Shown here one piece after another: positions 48,880 through 58,363 of a DNA stretch of 64,000 nucleotides. A program made the position numbers and the translations under genes. Source of the DNA: Gemmatimonas sp. (GTDB lineage: Bacteria; Gemmatimonadota; Gemmatimonadetes; Gemmatimonadales; Gemmatimonadaceae). Under the pieces are notes generated by a model. The model was not told the DNA's origin. It ran no database searches and worked only from the letters and a program-made list of their open reading frames with translations. How positions within the stretch are numbered: the first letter of the stretch is position 1; every line of letters begins with the position of its first letter. Where the stretch lies: positions 32,001 through 96,000 of the forward strand of contig JANNVQ010000029.1 in the NCBI GenBank assembly GCA_031414535.1, read 5' to 3'.

Positions 48880-50541
48880 TCAGTAGCCGATCGCCAATCC
48901 GTCCTTTCGCGGATCGCTGCCACCAGCGTACCCGCGCGGCAGCCGGATGATAGCTTGCGCCCCGCCGAACGCGATGGGCGGCTGATCAATCAGCACGTGC
49001 CCCATTGCGACCAGCCCAGCGCGCACCGCATCCGTGATCGGCGCTTCTAGGGCCACGCGATATCCGTTGTAGTGGCGGAAGCGCGGAGCGTCGATCGCGG
49101 CTTGAATGTCCATCCCGAAGACAAAGTGGTTGAGCAGCATTTGTACGTGCCCCTGCGCCTGCACGCCGCCGCCCATGAGGCCGAAGCTCATATATGGCTG
49201 CTCGCGCCCGTTCACCGTCTGCGTGACGAAGCCCGGGATGAGCGTATGGAACGGCCGCTTGCCGGGTGCGACGGTGTTGGGCAGTCCCGGCGTGAGCGTG
49301 AAGCCGGCGCCGCGGTTGTGCAACGCGAAGCCCGTGCCCGGCACGACGACGCCCGAACCGAAGTAGTCATACACGGAGTTGATGAACGACACCATGTTCC
49401 CCTCGGCGTCGGCCGTGGTGAGGTACACGGTTTCGCTGCGTGTGCGGCTCGGGCCTGGCTCCACGCGCTCCTGTGCCCGCGTGGGATTCAGCAACTGCCG
49501 CCGCGCCGCGATGAATGCGTCACTCAGCATCTGCTCGGCGCTGAGCTCCAGATGGTCCGCATCGCCCACAAAGCGATCGAGGTCAGCGTAGGCGAGTTTC
49601 TTCGCTTCGATGAGGTGGTGCAGGTACGCCGGTGAGTTGTGCCCCATCGCTTGTAAGTCGTAGGGCTCGAGGATGCGCAACATCTCGAGCGCGGCGATGC
49701 CTTGGTTGTTTGGCGGCAGCTCCCACACGCGATAGCCGCGGAACGGCACGGAGATGGGAGTCACCCAGTTGGGCGCATTCGCGCGCATGTCGTCGAGCGT
49801 GAGGAATCCGCCGAGGCGCTCGACGTGGCGCACGATACGTTGGCCGAGCGTGCCGGAATAGAAGTGCGCGACGCCGCTGTCGGCGATGGCCTGCATCGTG
49901 CGGGCGAGATCAGGATTCGTGAACCAGTCACCAGCGCGCGGGGCGCGTCCGCGTGGCAGATAGGTCGCCGCCGCAGCGGAGTCGCGCTGCAGAAAGTCGG
50001 TCTGCTCCGTCCACTGCGCGGCGATGATCGGCGTCAAAGGGAATCCGTCGCGTGCGTAGCCGATGGCCGGCTGTAGCATCTGCGCGAGCGTCCGTGTGCC
50101 GTGTGCGCGCAGCAACGCATCCCAGCCCGCGAGCGCGCCGGGCACGGTGACGGACATGGCGCCCTGCTGCGAGCCCGCACGGAAGCCACGGGCAACCAGC
50201 GTGTCGCGCAGCATACGAGCCCCCGCGCGCCCGCTGGCGTTGATGGCCACGAGCCGCTGCTCCTTGGCGAGCCACACGATGGCGAACATATCCCCACCGA
50301 TGCCGGTCATGTGCGGCTCCGTCACGCCAAGGACGGCGGACGCGGCTACGGCGGCATCAATCGCGTTGCCGCCGCTACGCAACACCTCGAGCGCCGCAGC
50401 AGATGCGAGCGGTTGGCTGGTGGCGACCATTCCCTGCGGCGCGTACACGGTCGAGCGACCGGCGAGCGTGGTGGGGCGCTGGGCCAGGAGCGTGGTGAGT
50501 GGAAGCAGGGCCACGACGAGCGAGAGGGCTACGGTCCGCAT
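48880..50541 (-). CDS. ggt: Gamma-glutamyltransferase, exported
   Basis: GGNAIDAA, GIGGD, ETVY (Thr nucleophile), NRGAGF, KRPFHT, GSDPRKDG. Confidence 0.95.
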   Translation of the reverse strand: MRTVALSLVVALLPLTTLLAQRPTTLAGRSTVYAPQGMVATSQPLASAAALEVLRSGGNAIDAAVAASAVLGVTEPHMTGIGGDMFAIVWLAKEQRLVAINASGRAGARMLRDTLVARGFRAGSQQGAMSVTVPGALAGWDALLRAHGTRTLAQMLQPAIGYARDGFPLTPIIAAQWTEQTDFLQRDSAAAATYLPRGRAPRAGDWFTNPDLARTMQAIADSGVAHFYSGTLGQRIVRHVERLGGFLTLDDMRANAPNWVTPISVPFRGYRVWELPPNNQGIAALEMLRILEPYDLQAMGHNSPAYLHHLIEAKKLAYADLDRFVGDADHLELSAEQMLSDAFIAARRQLLNPTRAQERVEPGPSRTRSETVYLTTADAEGNMVSFINSVYDYFGSGVVVPGTGFALHNRGAGFTLTPGLPNTVAPGKRPFHTLIPGFVTQTVNGREQPYMSFGLMGGGVQAQGHVQMLLNHFVFGMDIQAAIDAPRFRHYNGYRVALEAPITDAVRAGLVAMGHVLIDQPPIAFGGAQAIIRLPRGYAGGSDPRKDGLAIGY

Positions 50542-50585
50542 CGGAAGTCCGGGAATTGCGTGAGAATGTTTTGGTCAGCGCGCAG

Positions 50586-50791
50586 GAGCGAGAGCCCTCC
50601 ACGTTCTACGCGGCCTGACCGCTTTGCGCACGGCCGCTACGAACGCGGAGGGCTCTCGCTCTCCCAAGCTCAGCGGCGGAACTCAGGTTGAACGCACTTC
50701 TGTTCATCAACCGCCGAGCGAAGGCCCGCAGGCCTGTAGGGACCGTGCTCGCAGAGGTCAGGTCCCGTAAGGCCTGCGGGCCTTCGCTCGG
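50586..50791. repeat. Pair of diverged ~77-nt hairpin elements in inverted orientation with a central small hairpin (REP/REPIN-like or structured RNA)
   Basis: Perfect 15-bp arms 50586-600/50647-661 and 22-bp arms 50714-735/50770-791; shared core GTA-stem6-GTG-stem3-loop3-stem3-GTCA-stem6-GTA. Confidence 0.85.
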
Positions 50792-50818
50792 TACTTCAGG
50801 CACGCACAGAACCAGCGA

Positions 50819-52165
50819 CTACATCGCTACGTTCCGCTGTTGCTGCTTGATCTTCTCCATGTACTTCTTGAAGAAGTGCTTCTGGATGTCGTTCATGTCG
50901 ATCTCGCGGCCCTGGATATAGGCCTGTTCGATGTTCGTGGTCATATCCAGCGGCGTGCCAGTCGTAATGATCAGCGTCGCCTGCTTGCCGACCTCCAGCG
51001 AACCAACCTGATCGCTCACGCCTAGCATCTCGGCTGCGTTGATCGTCACAGCGCGAAGCGCCACTTCCTCCGGTAGACCGAAAGCGACCGCTACACCCGC
51101 GTCCCAAGGCAGACGATTGCTGTAAAGACCACCCGACTCGCCGGCGATGGCGAACTTCACACCCGCGGCGTGCAAACGCGCCGGCGTGCTATAGGCGCCA
51201 TCGTAGCCCTCATGATCGCGGCTAGGCGCGGCCATTGTGGATGTGAGGATCACTGACACGTTCTCGGCCCTGAGGCGGCTCGCCACGTGAATGGCGTCGC
51301 GGCCACCACGGATGACGAGGCGCAGGCCCTCGGCCTTGCCCCAGGTGAGCGCATCGTTGATCTGCGCCACACCGTCGGCTGCGACGACAACTGGGATTGT
51401 GCCGTTGAGCGCCGGAATCATCGCTGCGTACTTAGTGTTCGTACGCATCTGCTGGCCCGCGGCCAGCGCGTCGCGATACGCACGCGCCTCAGCGAAGAAA
51501 TCTTTCAGCTCCTGCACCTGCTCGGCGTAGGTCTTGGGCGCCGGCTGACGGGCGCCACCGGGACCGCCGGGGCCACCACCACCAAAGCGGCGCGGACGAG
51601 CGTTGGGGTCGGGCCAGTTGACGTTCAAGGCTGCCGCGCCCTTCAATGACATGTCTTCCCAGGTCCACCCTTCGAGCGACATCGCTGAGGAGAGGCCAGA
51701 AATCACACCACCGCCTGGCGTGGTGAAGGCCACGAGCACGCCCGCCGAGCGCGTGGTGCCGATGTGCCGGCTCTCCGCGTTGACGGCCACTTCGGCGCGC
51801 ACGTTCGGATTGAAGTCGCCAATCTCGTTGATGTCGTTGGATACATCCACGGCGCCGATCTCGGTAATGCCCACGGCACTGTACGCGTCAATGAGGCCCG
51901 GGTAGATGTGCTTGCCCGCGAGTTCGACGATTCGTGCGCCACGCGGAATCTCCACGTTCGCGCCAATTGCCACAATCCGACCGCCATCGAGTACGATCAT
52001 GCCGTTCTCGATGACGCCGTTGGTGACGGTGTGAATCGTCGCGCCGCGCAGCACAACCGGCTGCGACTGCGGCGCCACCGGCATCATCACCTGCGCGCTG
52101 GCGAGCGTAGCACTAGCCGCAACAAGGCCGACTGCGCCAATGATGTTTCGCTTGATTGCATTCAT
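50819..52165 (-). CDS. Exported amidohydrolase-family protein (metal ligands look degenerate)
   Basis: GKHIYPGLIDAY, T.NAA..LG....GSLE.GK.A; signal peptide; start ATG 52165. Confidence 0.85.
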   Translation of the reverse strand: MNAIKRNIIGAVGLVAASATLASAQVMMPVAPQSQPVVLRGATIHTVTNGVIENGMIVLDGGRIVAIGANVEIPRGARIVELAGKHIYPGLIDAYSAVGITEIGAVDVSNDINEIGDFNPNVRAEVAVNAESRHIGTTRSAGVLVAFTTPGGGVISGLSSAMSLEGWTWEDMSLKGAAALNVNWPDPNARPRRFGGGGPGGPGGARQPAPKTYAEQVQELKDFFAEARAYRDALAAGQQMRTNTKYAAMIPALNGTIPVVVAADGVAQINDALTWGKAEGLRLVIRGGRDAIHVASRLRAENVSVILTSTMAAPSRDHEGYDGAYSTPARLHAAGVKFAIAGESGGLYSNRLPWDAGVAVAFGLPEEVALRAVTINAAEMLGVSDQVGSLEVGKQATLIITTGTPLDMTTNIEQAYIQGREIDMNDIQKHFFKKYMEKIKQQQRNVAM

Positions 52166-52166
52166 C

Positions 52167-55163
52167 TTACGGGCGCTCCTGCCCGGCGCCACGTGCCGGA
52201 CGATTGGTGGGATTGGCTTCCGGCGCGCTAGCGGCCAGCACAGCCTGAATCAGCAGATTGCGCTGACGCTCGACCTCGATGCGCAACGCCGCGTCTTCAG
52301 TGAGCGAGAAGTAACGACGTCCGTCCACCCACGTCTGCTCAGCTCTCGTGAACTGCGAGAGCGGGTTGCCGCTCCAGATCACGAAGTCGGCATCCTTTCC
52401 GGCTTCGAGCGAACCGACGCGATCTTGGATGGCCACTGCGCGCGCCGCTTGGTTGGTGACCGTGGAGAGCGCTTGGATTTCTTCCACGCCTGAGCGGAGA
52501 AGCTTGCCGGCCTCCCAGTTCATACGCGTGGAGATCTCAGCGTCGTCCGAGTGCAACGAGGTCACGACGCCGGCTTCCATCAGCAGGCGCGCGTTGTAGT
52601 TGGTGGCATCGTAGGACTCGAGCTTGAACGCGCCCCAGTCGCTCCACACCACGGCGGCCACGCCGGAATACTTGAGCTCGGTGGCAATCTTGTACGCTTC
52701 CACGCCGTGCTGCAGGGTCTGAATGCGGAAGCCAAACTCCTCGGCGAGGCGAATCAGCGCTAGGAATTCGTCGGCGCGGTAGCCGTGTGAGGAGACGAGG
52801 AGCTTTTGGTTCAGGATGTCGAGCAGGGCTTCCATACGCAGGTCGCGCCGCGGCGGGATACCGGCCTTGGTGCGGTCGTCATTCCAACGCTTCCACTCCG
52901 CTTCGTAGTCGCGCGCGGCGAGGAAGTGATCGCGAATGATTTCCTGCACGCCCATTCGCGTGTTGGGATAGCGGTTCGGATTGCGCTTGGGGTTCTCGCC
53001 GAGGGCAAACTTTACCGTGCGTGGCGCGTTCTCGAGCCGGAGCTGGTCGGGCAGCGAGCCCCACCGGTTCTTCACAAACACGTTCTCGCCACCAATCGGA
53101 TTCGCCGAGCCGTGCTTGACCATCTGCGTGGTGAGACCGCCGGCTAGCTGGCGGTACATCCAGATGTTGTTGTGCGTGAGCACGTCGCCCATTTGTACTT
53201 CGGGGACGATGGCGAAGCCGCTCTCATTCACCGCGCTCACGCCGGTGTGCGTGTGCGGATCAATGAGGCCCGGTGTGACGTGCTTGCCCGTGGCGTCAAT
53301 TTCCACGGCGCCGCGCGGTGCGGTGAGGCGCTGTCCAACCTGCACGACCTTGCCAGCGCGTACGAGCAAGTCAGCGTTCTCGAGACGGCCCTGCGGACCC
53401 TGCGTCCAAACAGTTGCATTGCGAACGAGCAGTACTGCCGGCTGCTCTGGCGGTGTCGCACGGCCAAACTCCATCGAAGGCCGCAACCACGGGAGGTTCA
53501 GTTCAGGAACCCGCGCTGCAACCGTACCGCGTGCGGGACCTTCGTACGCTTCGGTCCTCGTGCCGCGATACGCCGGGTCGGCGCCGTTGGGCAGGGACAT
53601 CCAGCCAAAGAATTCTTCACCGCGCACTGAGCCGGTGAGAAGGATTGTGCCTTGGTATCCGAGCGGCTCACCTTCGAAGGTCGCCTCGAGGCGGCCGGTC
53701 TCCGAGATGATGCGCGCTGATGCGAGGTTGACGGGGCGACGGTTCGGAAGTTCGATCGTTCCGCGCACGCGGTTGATCGGCCCTTCAATGCGCAGCGTGG
53801 CAGGGAAGCCCGCCGCGTCATCGGTCGTGATGGTCCACGTGCCGCGCGGATCAATCTGCACTGGGCGCGTCACGCCATAGCGCGTGCCCTGCACCCACAC
53901 GTCGCGCACGCTGGACTCTTCGGTGAAGAGGTCGCCATCTGCGACCACGAGATTCGCAACCTTGCCGGCGGCGATGGTGCCGTGCGTGCGCTCGATGCCG
54001 AGCCAAGCGGCCGGCACCGTGGTCAGTGCGGCTAGTGCCTTGTCTGCTGCCAGCCCGCGCGAGACGGCGATGCGCAGGTTCGGGAGGAATTGGTTGAGCG
54101 AAGAGAGGCCGTCAGTGGTAATTGCGAACGGCACGGCCGCGGCGGCTAACTGTGCCGCGTTCGTCGGCGCGAGGTACCAGTGACGGAGCTGTCCCAAGTT
54201 GACGTTGAGTGCGGCCTCGGGATTCGAGACCTCAGGCGCGTCAGGGAAGTTGAGCGGAATAATCAAAGGCTGCGTGCGGCCCTTTAACAGATCCACTAAG
54301 CGATACTCCTCGCCGCTCCCGCGGAACCAAGGCGTGAGCTTGTACTCGGTGGCGATCGCGAACGCGCGGAGATACTCCTCTTCGCTCGTCGTCTGGAAGA
54401 GCACCGGCTGACGGCCTTGTACGGCGCCGCCAAGTGCGGCGAGCGCCTCGCTGGTCTCCGGCGGCAGGATGGAACGACCGCTGCGCTCATAAGCAGCCTG
54501 TGCGCGGATGTACCACTCGGCGTCCATCAACGTCTGCTTCATTAGGGCAGTGGTGCCCATCGCCGAATTCGGGTAAGTACCGCCCAGCGTGAACGAGCGC
54601 TGGAAGCCGACCGACTGCACAATGTCAGGGCGAAGCACGCGCTCGCGAGCGCCGACATCGCTGAGGTTCACCACCGAGGCCTGACCGCGGAAGATGCCCT
54701 GCTTGGGGACGACGAGCGCGGTGCCGAAGCCGAGTGAGCGCAGGCTGCGACGCCGAGTGGTGTCGTCCTGGAAGCTGGACGTAGTGCTGTACCAAGCGCG
54801 CACTTGGGGATTCCAGTGCGTTGGGCCCACGTCGCCGCCTTGGGGTACTTCGCCGACGCCGAGGTCGGCGTGCGCGTCAATGAAGCCTGGGTAGACCGTT
54901 TGGCCCTTCAAGTCCCAGACGCGAGCGCCAGCCGGCGCTGCCTGATTGCGCGCCACCGAGACGATGAGGCCGTTGCGGATGACGATGGTCGCGTTCTCGA
55001 GCACTTGGCCTGGAGCGGTGACCACGCGCGCGCCGACGAGGGCGTGGTAGCCGGAGCCGTTGTCTCGCAGGCCAGTGACTGGCTCAGTGCGGGATGATTG
55101 TTGGGCTGGGAGTGCCGCGGTTACAAGCAGGCCGACGGCGACGAGGGAGCGAATCACTTTCAC
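52167..55163 (-). CDS. Exported two-domain amidohydrolase
   Basis: Two barrels (PGFIDAH; PGLIDPHTH...KFALGENPK...QH..E...LHSD); signal peptide; GGAG SD. Confidence 0.88.
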   Translation of the reverse strand: MKVIRSLVAVGLLVTAALPAQQSSRTEPVTGLRDNGSGYHALVGARVVTAPGQVLENATIVIRNGLIVSVARNQAAPAGARVWDLKGQTVYPGFIDAHADLGVGEVPQGGDVGPTHWNPQVRAWYSTTSSFQDDTTRRRSLRSLGFGTALVVPKQGIFRGQASVVNLSDVGARERVLRPDIVQSVGFQRSFTLGGTYPNSAMGTTALMKQTLMDAEWYIRAQAAYERSGRSILPPETSEALAALGGAVQGRQPVLFQTTSEEEYLRAFAIATEYKLTPWFRGSGEEYRLVDLLKGRTQPLIIPLNFPDAPEVSNPEAALNVNLGQLRHWYLAPTNAAQLAAAAVPFAITTDGLSSLNQFLPNLRIAVSRGLAADKALAALTTVPAAWLGIERTHGTIAAGKVANLVVADGDLFTEESSVRDVWVQGTRYGVTRPVQIDPRGTWTITTDDAAGFPATLRIEGPINRVRGTIELPNRRPVNLASARIISETGRLEATFEGEPLGYQGTILLTGSVRGEEFFGWMSLPNGADPAYRGTRTEAYEGPARGTVAARVPELNLPWLRPSMEFGRATPPEQPAVLLVRNATVWTQGPQGRLENADLLVRAGKVVQVGQRLTAPRGAVEIDATGKHVTPGLIDPHTHTGVSAVNESGFAIVPEVQMGDVLTHNNIWMYRQLAGGLTTQMVKHGSANPIGGENVFVKNRWGSLPDQLRLENAPRTVKFALGENPKRNPNRYPNTRMGVQEIIRDHFLAARDYEAEWKRWNDDRTKAGIPPRRDLRMEALLDILNQKLLVSSHGYRADEFLALIRLAEEFGFRIQTLQHGVEAYKIATELKYSGVAAVVWSDWGAFKLESYDATNYNARLLMEAGVVTSLHSDDAEISTRMNWEAGKLLRSGVEEIQALSTVTNQAARAVAIQDRVGSLEAGKDADFVIWSGNPLSQFTRAEQTWVDGRRYFSLTEDAALRIEVERQRNLLIQAVLAASAPEANPTNRPARGAGQERP

Positions 55164-55334
55164 TTCGTACTCCGGGTAGGACCGCCGCCCTCAGGGGACG
55201 GTCGGGACTGGTGATACTATCCGACAGCTGCAGCGCTCTCGCCTGCGGCCAGCGTCGAGGAAAAGACTACCGATGACTACGCGCGAAGGGGGCGTGGGTG
55301 TTGAAGTCTCGAGCCCGAACTTATCATAACTCCC

Positions 55335-56276
55335 GTGCCCACCGCATCCTCAAGTACTCGGCGTGACTTTCTCCTTTGGACGGCCTCGATGAGCTCGAGC
55401 GCGGCCCTGGCATCCCTGCTACCTTGGCGCGCGGCCGCAGCACGCGCTGTCTCGATGGCGGCCGCCGAGCCTTGGGGGACCCTAGAGTCGCTTGGCGGCG
55501 ACGTCTGGGCCATGCTGTCCACCCCGCTCGCTGACCGCACCACTTTGTGTAACGGCGGTTTGATCGCCGGTCGCGACGGTGTGTTGATGGTTGAGGCTTT
55601 CGGCACAGACGCCGGGGCGCGCTGGATGCGCGATCGCGCGCGTGCAGTGACTGGCCGCGAGCCCACGCAGGTATTGCTCACGCACTACCACGGCGACCAC
55701 ACAGCCGGTGTGCCAGGCGCTCGCGAAGCTGGCGCCGAGCTCTGGTGCACCGCGCGCACTCGGGATGACGTACTAGAGCGCAATCAGAATCCGCCGGTGC
55801 AACTGCTCGCCGACGCGAAGCTCATACCGGCCGATGGCGAACAGATCATTGACCTCGGCGGGCGACGCGTGCGTCTGCTAGCACTAGATGGTCACACGGC
55901 GTCTGATGTGGTGGCCGTGGTGGAGGACGCCGGCATCGTGTTTACCGGCGACCTCGTGTGGTATGGCATGTTTCCCAACTTTGTAGATGCGCGGCCCTCG
56001 CGGCTCACGCAATCCGTGCGGCGATTGCGCGCGTTGGATGCACGCGTGTATGTCTCCGGGCACGGCGTTAGGACTGATGCGGCGGGCGTGGAGGCCTTCA
56101 GCGAACTGTTAGACATCGTCGAGCGCGCGGCCCGTGATGCGCACGCAGGCGGACGCAGCGCCGTAGCTGCTGCTGCAGACTTTCGGCTGCCGGCCGCGAT
56201 GGCGGACTGGACGCTGTTTAGTCCACGATACTTTGAACGCGCCATTGGCGCCTGGCTAAAGGAACTCGCTCCATGA
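55335..56276 (+). CDS. Tat-exported metallo-beta-lactamase-fold hydrolase
   Basis: TRRDFL, THYHGDH, GHT..D, FTGD, GHG. Confidence 0.9.
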   Translation: MPTASSSTRRDFLLWTASMSSSAALASLLPWRAAAARAVSMAAAEPWGTLESLGGDVWAMLSTPLADRTTLCNGGLIAGRDGVLMVEAFGTDAGARWMRDRARAVTGREPTQVLLTHYHGDHTAGVPGAREAGAELWCTARTRDDVLERNQNPPVQLLADAKLIPADGEQIIDLGGRRVRLLALDGHTASDVVAVVEDAGIVFTGDLVWYGMFPNFVDARPSRLTQSVRRLRALDARVYVSGHGVRTDAAGVEAFSELLDIVERAARDAHAGGRSAVAAAADFRLPAAMADWTLFSPRYFERAIGAWLKELAP

Positions 56277-57589
56277 TGACCTGTCACACTGTTGTGTCGC
56301 GCCGCGTGCGCGCCGCACTGCGCCTCGCGCTTGTCGGCTTCGCTGGAACACTCTCGGCCCAGCAGACATTCCCCAGCTCCTGGGATCCCGCCCTCCTGCA
56401 GCGCCCTGATGTCCGCGCTGCGCTCTCCCACCTCGACACCAACTTCCCGAAGCAGATGGAAGAATGGATCCGCATCGCACAGATGGAAGGCGCATCGCGA
56501 CACGAGGAAGTACGCGGCGCCTACGTGCGCGCCGAGTTGGAGCGGCAAGGATTGCGCGTCAGCGTGGATTCCATCGGCAACGTGACCGGTGTGCGCCCTG
56601 GCACGGGCGGCGGCCCCACGACCGTGTTCGCCGCGCATATGGACATCGCGTTTCCAGTGGGGACCAACACCAACGTGCGCCAGTCCGGTGACTCTCTGTT
56701 GGCGCCGGGCATCTTCGACAACAGCGCGTCGGTCGCGAATATGCTCGCCGTTGTTCGTGCGCTGAACGCCGCGCGCGTGGTGACGAAGGGAGACTTGGTA
56801 TTCGTGGCAACCGTGCAGGAAGAATTTGGCCTGCGCGGGATGGACTACTGGCTGCGCCACAATCCGCGCCCTGATCTCCTCATCGCGATGGACGGAGGGC
56901 TTGGCCCCATCAACTACGGCGCGCTCGGTATCTATTGGACGCGCTATCGCTACAAGGCTGCGGGCTCACACACGCTCTACTCGCGCGGCCGCCCGACACC
57001 TGTTCGCGCACTCGCTGATGCGATTCAGCGCATCTATGCATTGCAGCCAACTCCATTGCCCAATGGCGCGGTGATCAACGTGGGTCAGGTGCACGGCGGC
57101 GTGATCTTCAACGGCATTCCGCAGGATCTCTACTTCACGGTGGATCTGCGCTCGCCAGATCCGGTATTAGTCGACTCGCTCGACCGCGCCATCACGCGCA
57201 TCGCGCAGGAGTCAGCGCAGCGAGAGGGAGTGGAGATGGTCGTTGAAGTCGAACAGAAGAACGGCGCCGGCGGCACCGAGCCGATGCTCGCAGGTGCGCG
57301 GCGTCATCCGCTCGTGCAAACGGCCATCGATATCCAGCGCCAACTCGGCGTGCGCGTTGGAATGCCAGGCGCGTCTGAGGCAATCGCCACTGGAAGCACC
57401 GATGCCAACATCGGCGTGGTGATGGGGATTCCCAGCATCTCGATTGGCCGCGCATATGGCGGCGGTCAGCACACGCTCGCCGAATGGGCAGACGGGCCGA
57501 GTGCGTTGCTGGGCACCAAGCTCACCCTGCTGCTCGCCGCGACCTTCGGGGACGGGATTCGGGCGGTCCCGCCGAGGGTTGTGCCCTAA
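56273..57589 (+). CDS. Exported M20/M28 family metallopeptidase
   Basis: AHMD, PGI.DN, VQEEFGLRG, STDAN, HT..EW. Confidence 0.85.
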   Translation: MMTCHTVVSRRVRAALRLALVGFAGTLSAQQTFPSSWDPALLQRPDVRAALSHLDTNFPKQMEEWIRIAQMEGASRHEEVRGAYVRAELERQGLRVSVDSIGNVTGVRPGTGGGPTTVFAAHMDIAFPVGTNTNVRQSGDSLLAPGIFDNSASVANMLAVVRALNAARVVTKGDLVFVATVQEEFGLRGMDYWLRHNPRPDLLIAMDGGLGPINYGALGIYWTRYRYKAAGSHTLYSRGRPTPVRALADAIQRIYALQPTPLPNGAVINVGQVHGGVIFNGIPQDLYFTVDLRSPDPVLVDSLDRAITRIAQESAQREGVEMVVEVEQKNGAGGTEPMLAGARRHPLVQTAIDIQRQLGVRVGMPGASEAIATGSTDANIGVVMGIPSISIGRAYGGGQHTLAEWADGPSALLGTKLTLLLAATFGDGIRAVPPRVVP

Positions 57590-57684
57590 GCGCGCGCCAA
57601 GGACCGCGATGTAATCCTCCCAGCGGCAATCATTTGGTATGGGTGCTGGGGTCGGCCCATGCTAGAGTGTGCTCCTTGGCAGGA

Positions 57685-57739
57685 TTGACAATTCACGGAA
57701 TAGATATTACTGTAATGCGTAATACCCATTACGCATTAC
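57685..57739 (+). promoter_or_regulatory. Sigma70 promoter (TTGACA-17-TACTGT) with 12-bp palindromic operator of the TA operon
   Basis: GTAATGCGTAAT-accc-ATTACGCATTAC at 57712-57739, followed by GGAGG SD. Confidence 0.8.
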
Positions 57740-57748
57740 GGAGGAGCT

Positions 57749-57976
57749 ATGCCGGTGTCTACTTTAACCACGAAGTATCAGGCCACGGTCCCGAAGGTCG
57801 TGCGCGAGGCGCTCGCGCTCGCGGCGGGGGATCGCGTCGAGTGGATTGTCGCGTCCGAAGGTGACGTGACCATCCGGAAGGCTTTGCCCGACCTCGCAGA
57901 GCTGCGCGCCATCGAGGTCACGCTCGCACCGGAGTGGGCGTCCGAAGACGACGAGGTCGCTTATGGCGGACTATAG
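57749..57976 (+). CDS. AbrB/MazE-family antitoxin
   Basis: LTTKYQATVPK.VRE.L.L..GD; acidic C-terminus EW.SEDDE.AY. Confidence 0.88.
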   Translation: MPVSTLTTKYQATVPKVVREALALAAGDRVEWIVASEGDVTIRKALPDLAELRAIEVTLAPEWASEDDEVAYGGL

Positions 57977-58295
57977 GCCAGGCGACATCGTCGTTGTGCC
58001 GTTCCCGTTCACCGACCGCTTGGCGTCCAAGCGACGTCCGGCGCTGGTGTGTTCGTCAACGGCCTACAATGGCGCGACTCGGCACGTGGTGTTGGCGATG
58101 ATCACCACTGCTACGCAGACCGCGTGGCCGGGGGATGTGGCGATTCGCGATCTTGCGGCGACGGGATTGCCTGCGCCGTCAACCGTGCGCTGGAAGTTGT
58201 TTACGCTGGATGCTTCGCTGATTTTGCGCCGGGCGGGGGCGCTTGGCGCGGATGACCGTGCGGCTTGCGCTGAGCGGCAGCCGATTGCGATCTGA
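57963..58295 (+). CDS. PemK/MazF-family toxin
   Basis: GDIVVVPFPFTD...KRRPALV.S, ITT, GL..PS.VR. Confidence 0.9.
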   Translation: MADYRPGDIVVVPFPFTDRLASKRRPALVCSSTAYNGATRHVVLAMITTATQTAWPGDVAIRDLAATGLPAPSTVRWKLFTLDASLILRRAGALGADDRAACAERQPIAI

Positions 58296-58363
58296 GAAGC
58301 AAGACGTCGGGGACGGTGGGCGGGCGACTCGCTCCATGGTAGCCGCTGCGGTATAATCGGCAT

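Noticed and set aside
50586..50791. Integron attC sites or CRISPR repeats
   Set aside because: No RYYYAAC/GTTRRRY ends, no cassette array or integrase, and no direct repeat-spacer pattern.
55335..56276. Metallo-beta-lactamase resistance gene
   Set aside because: Only the generic HxHxDH fold motif is visible; it looks like a cyclase/glyoxalase-II-type hydrolase.
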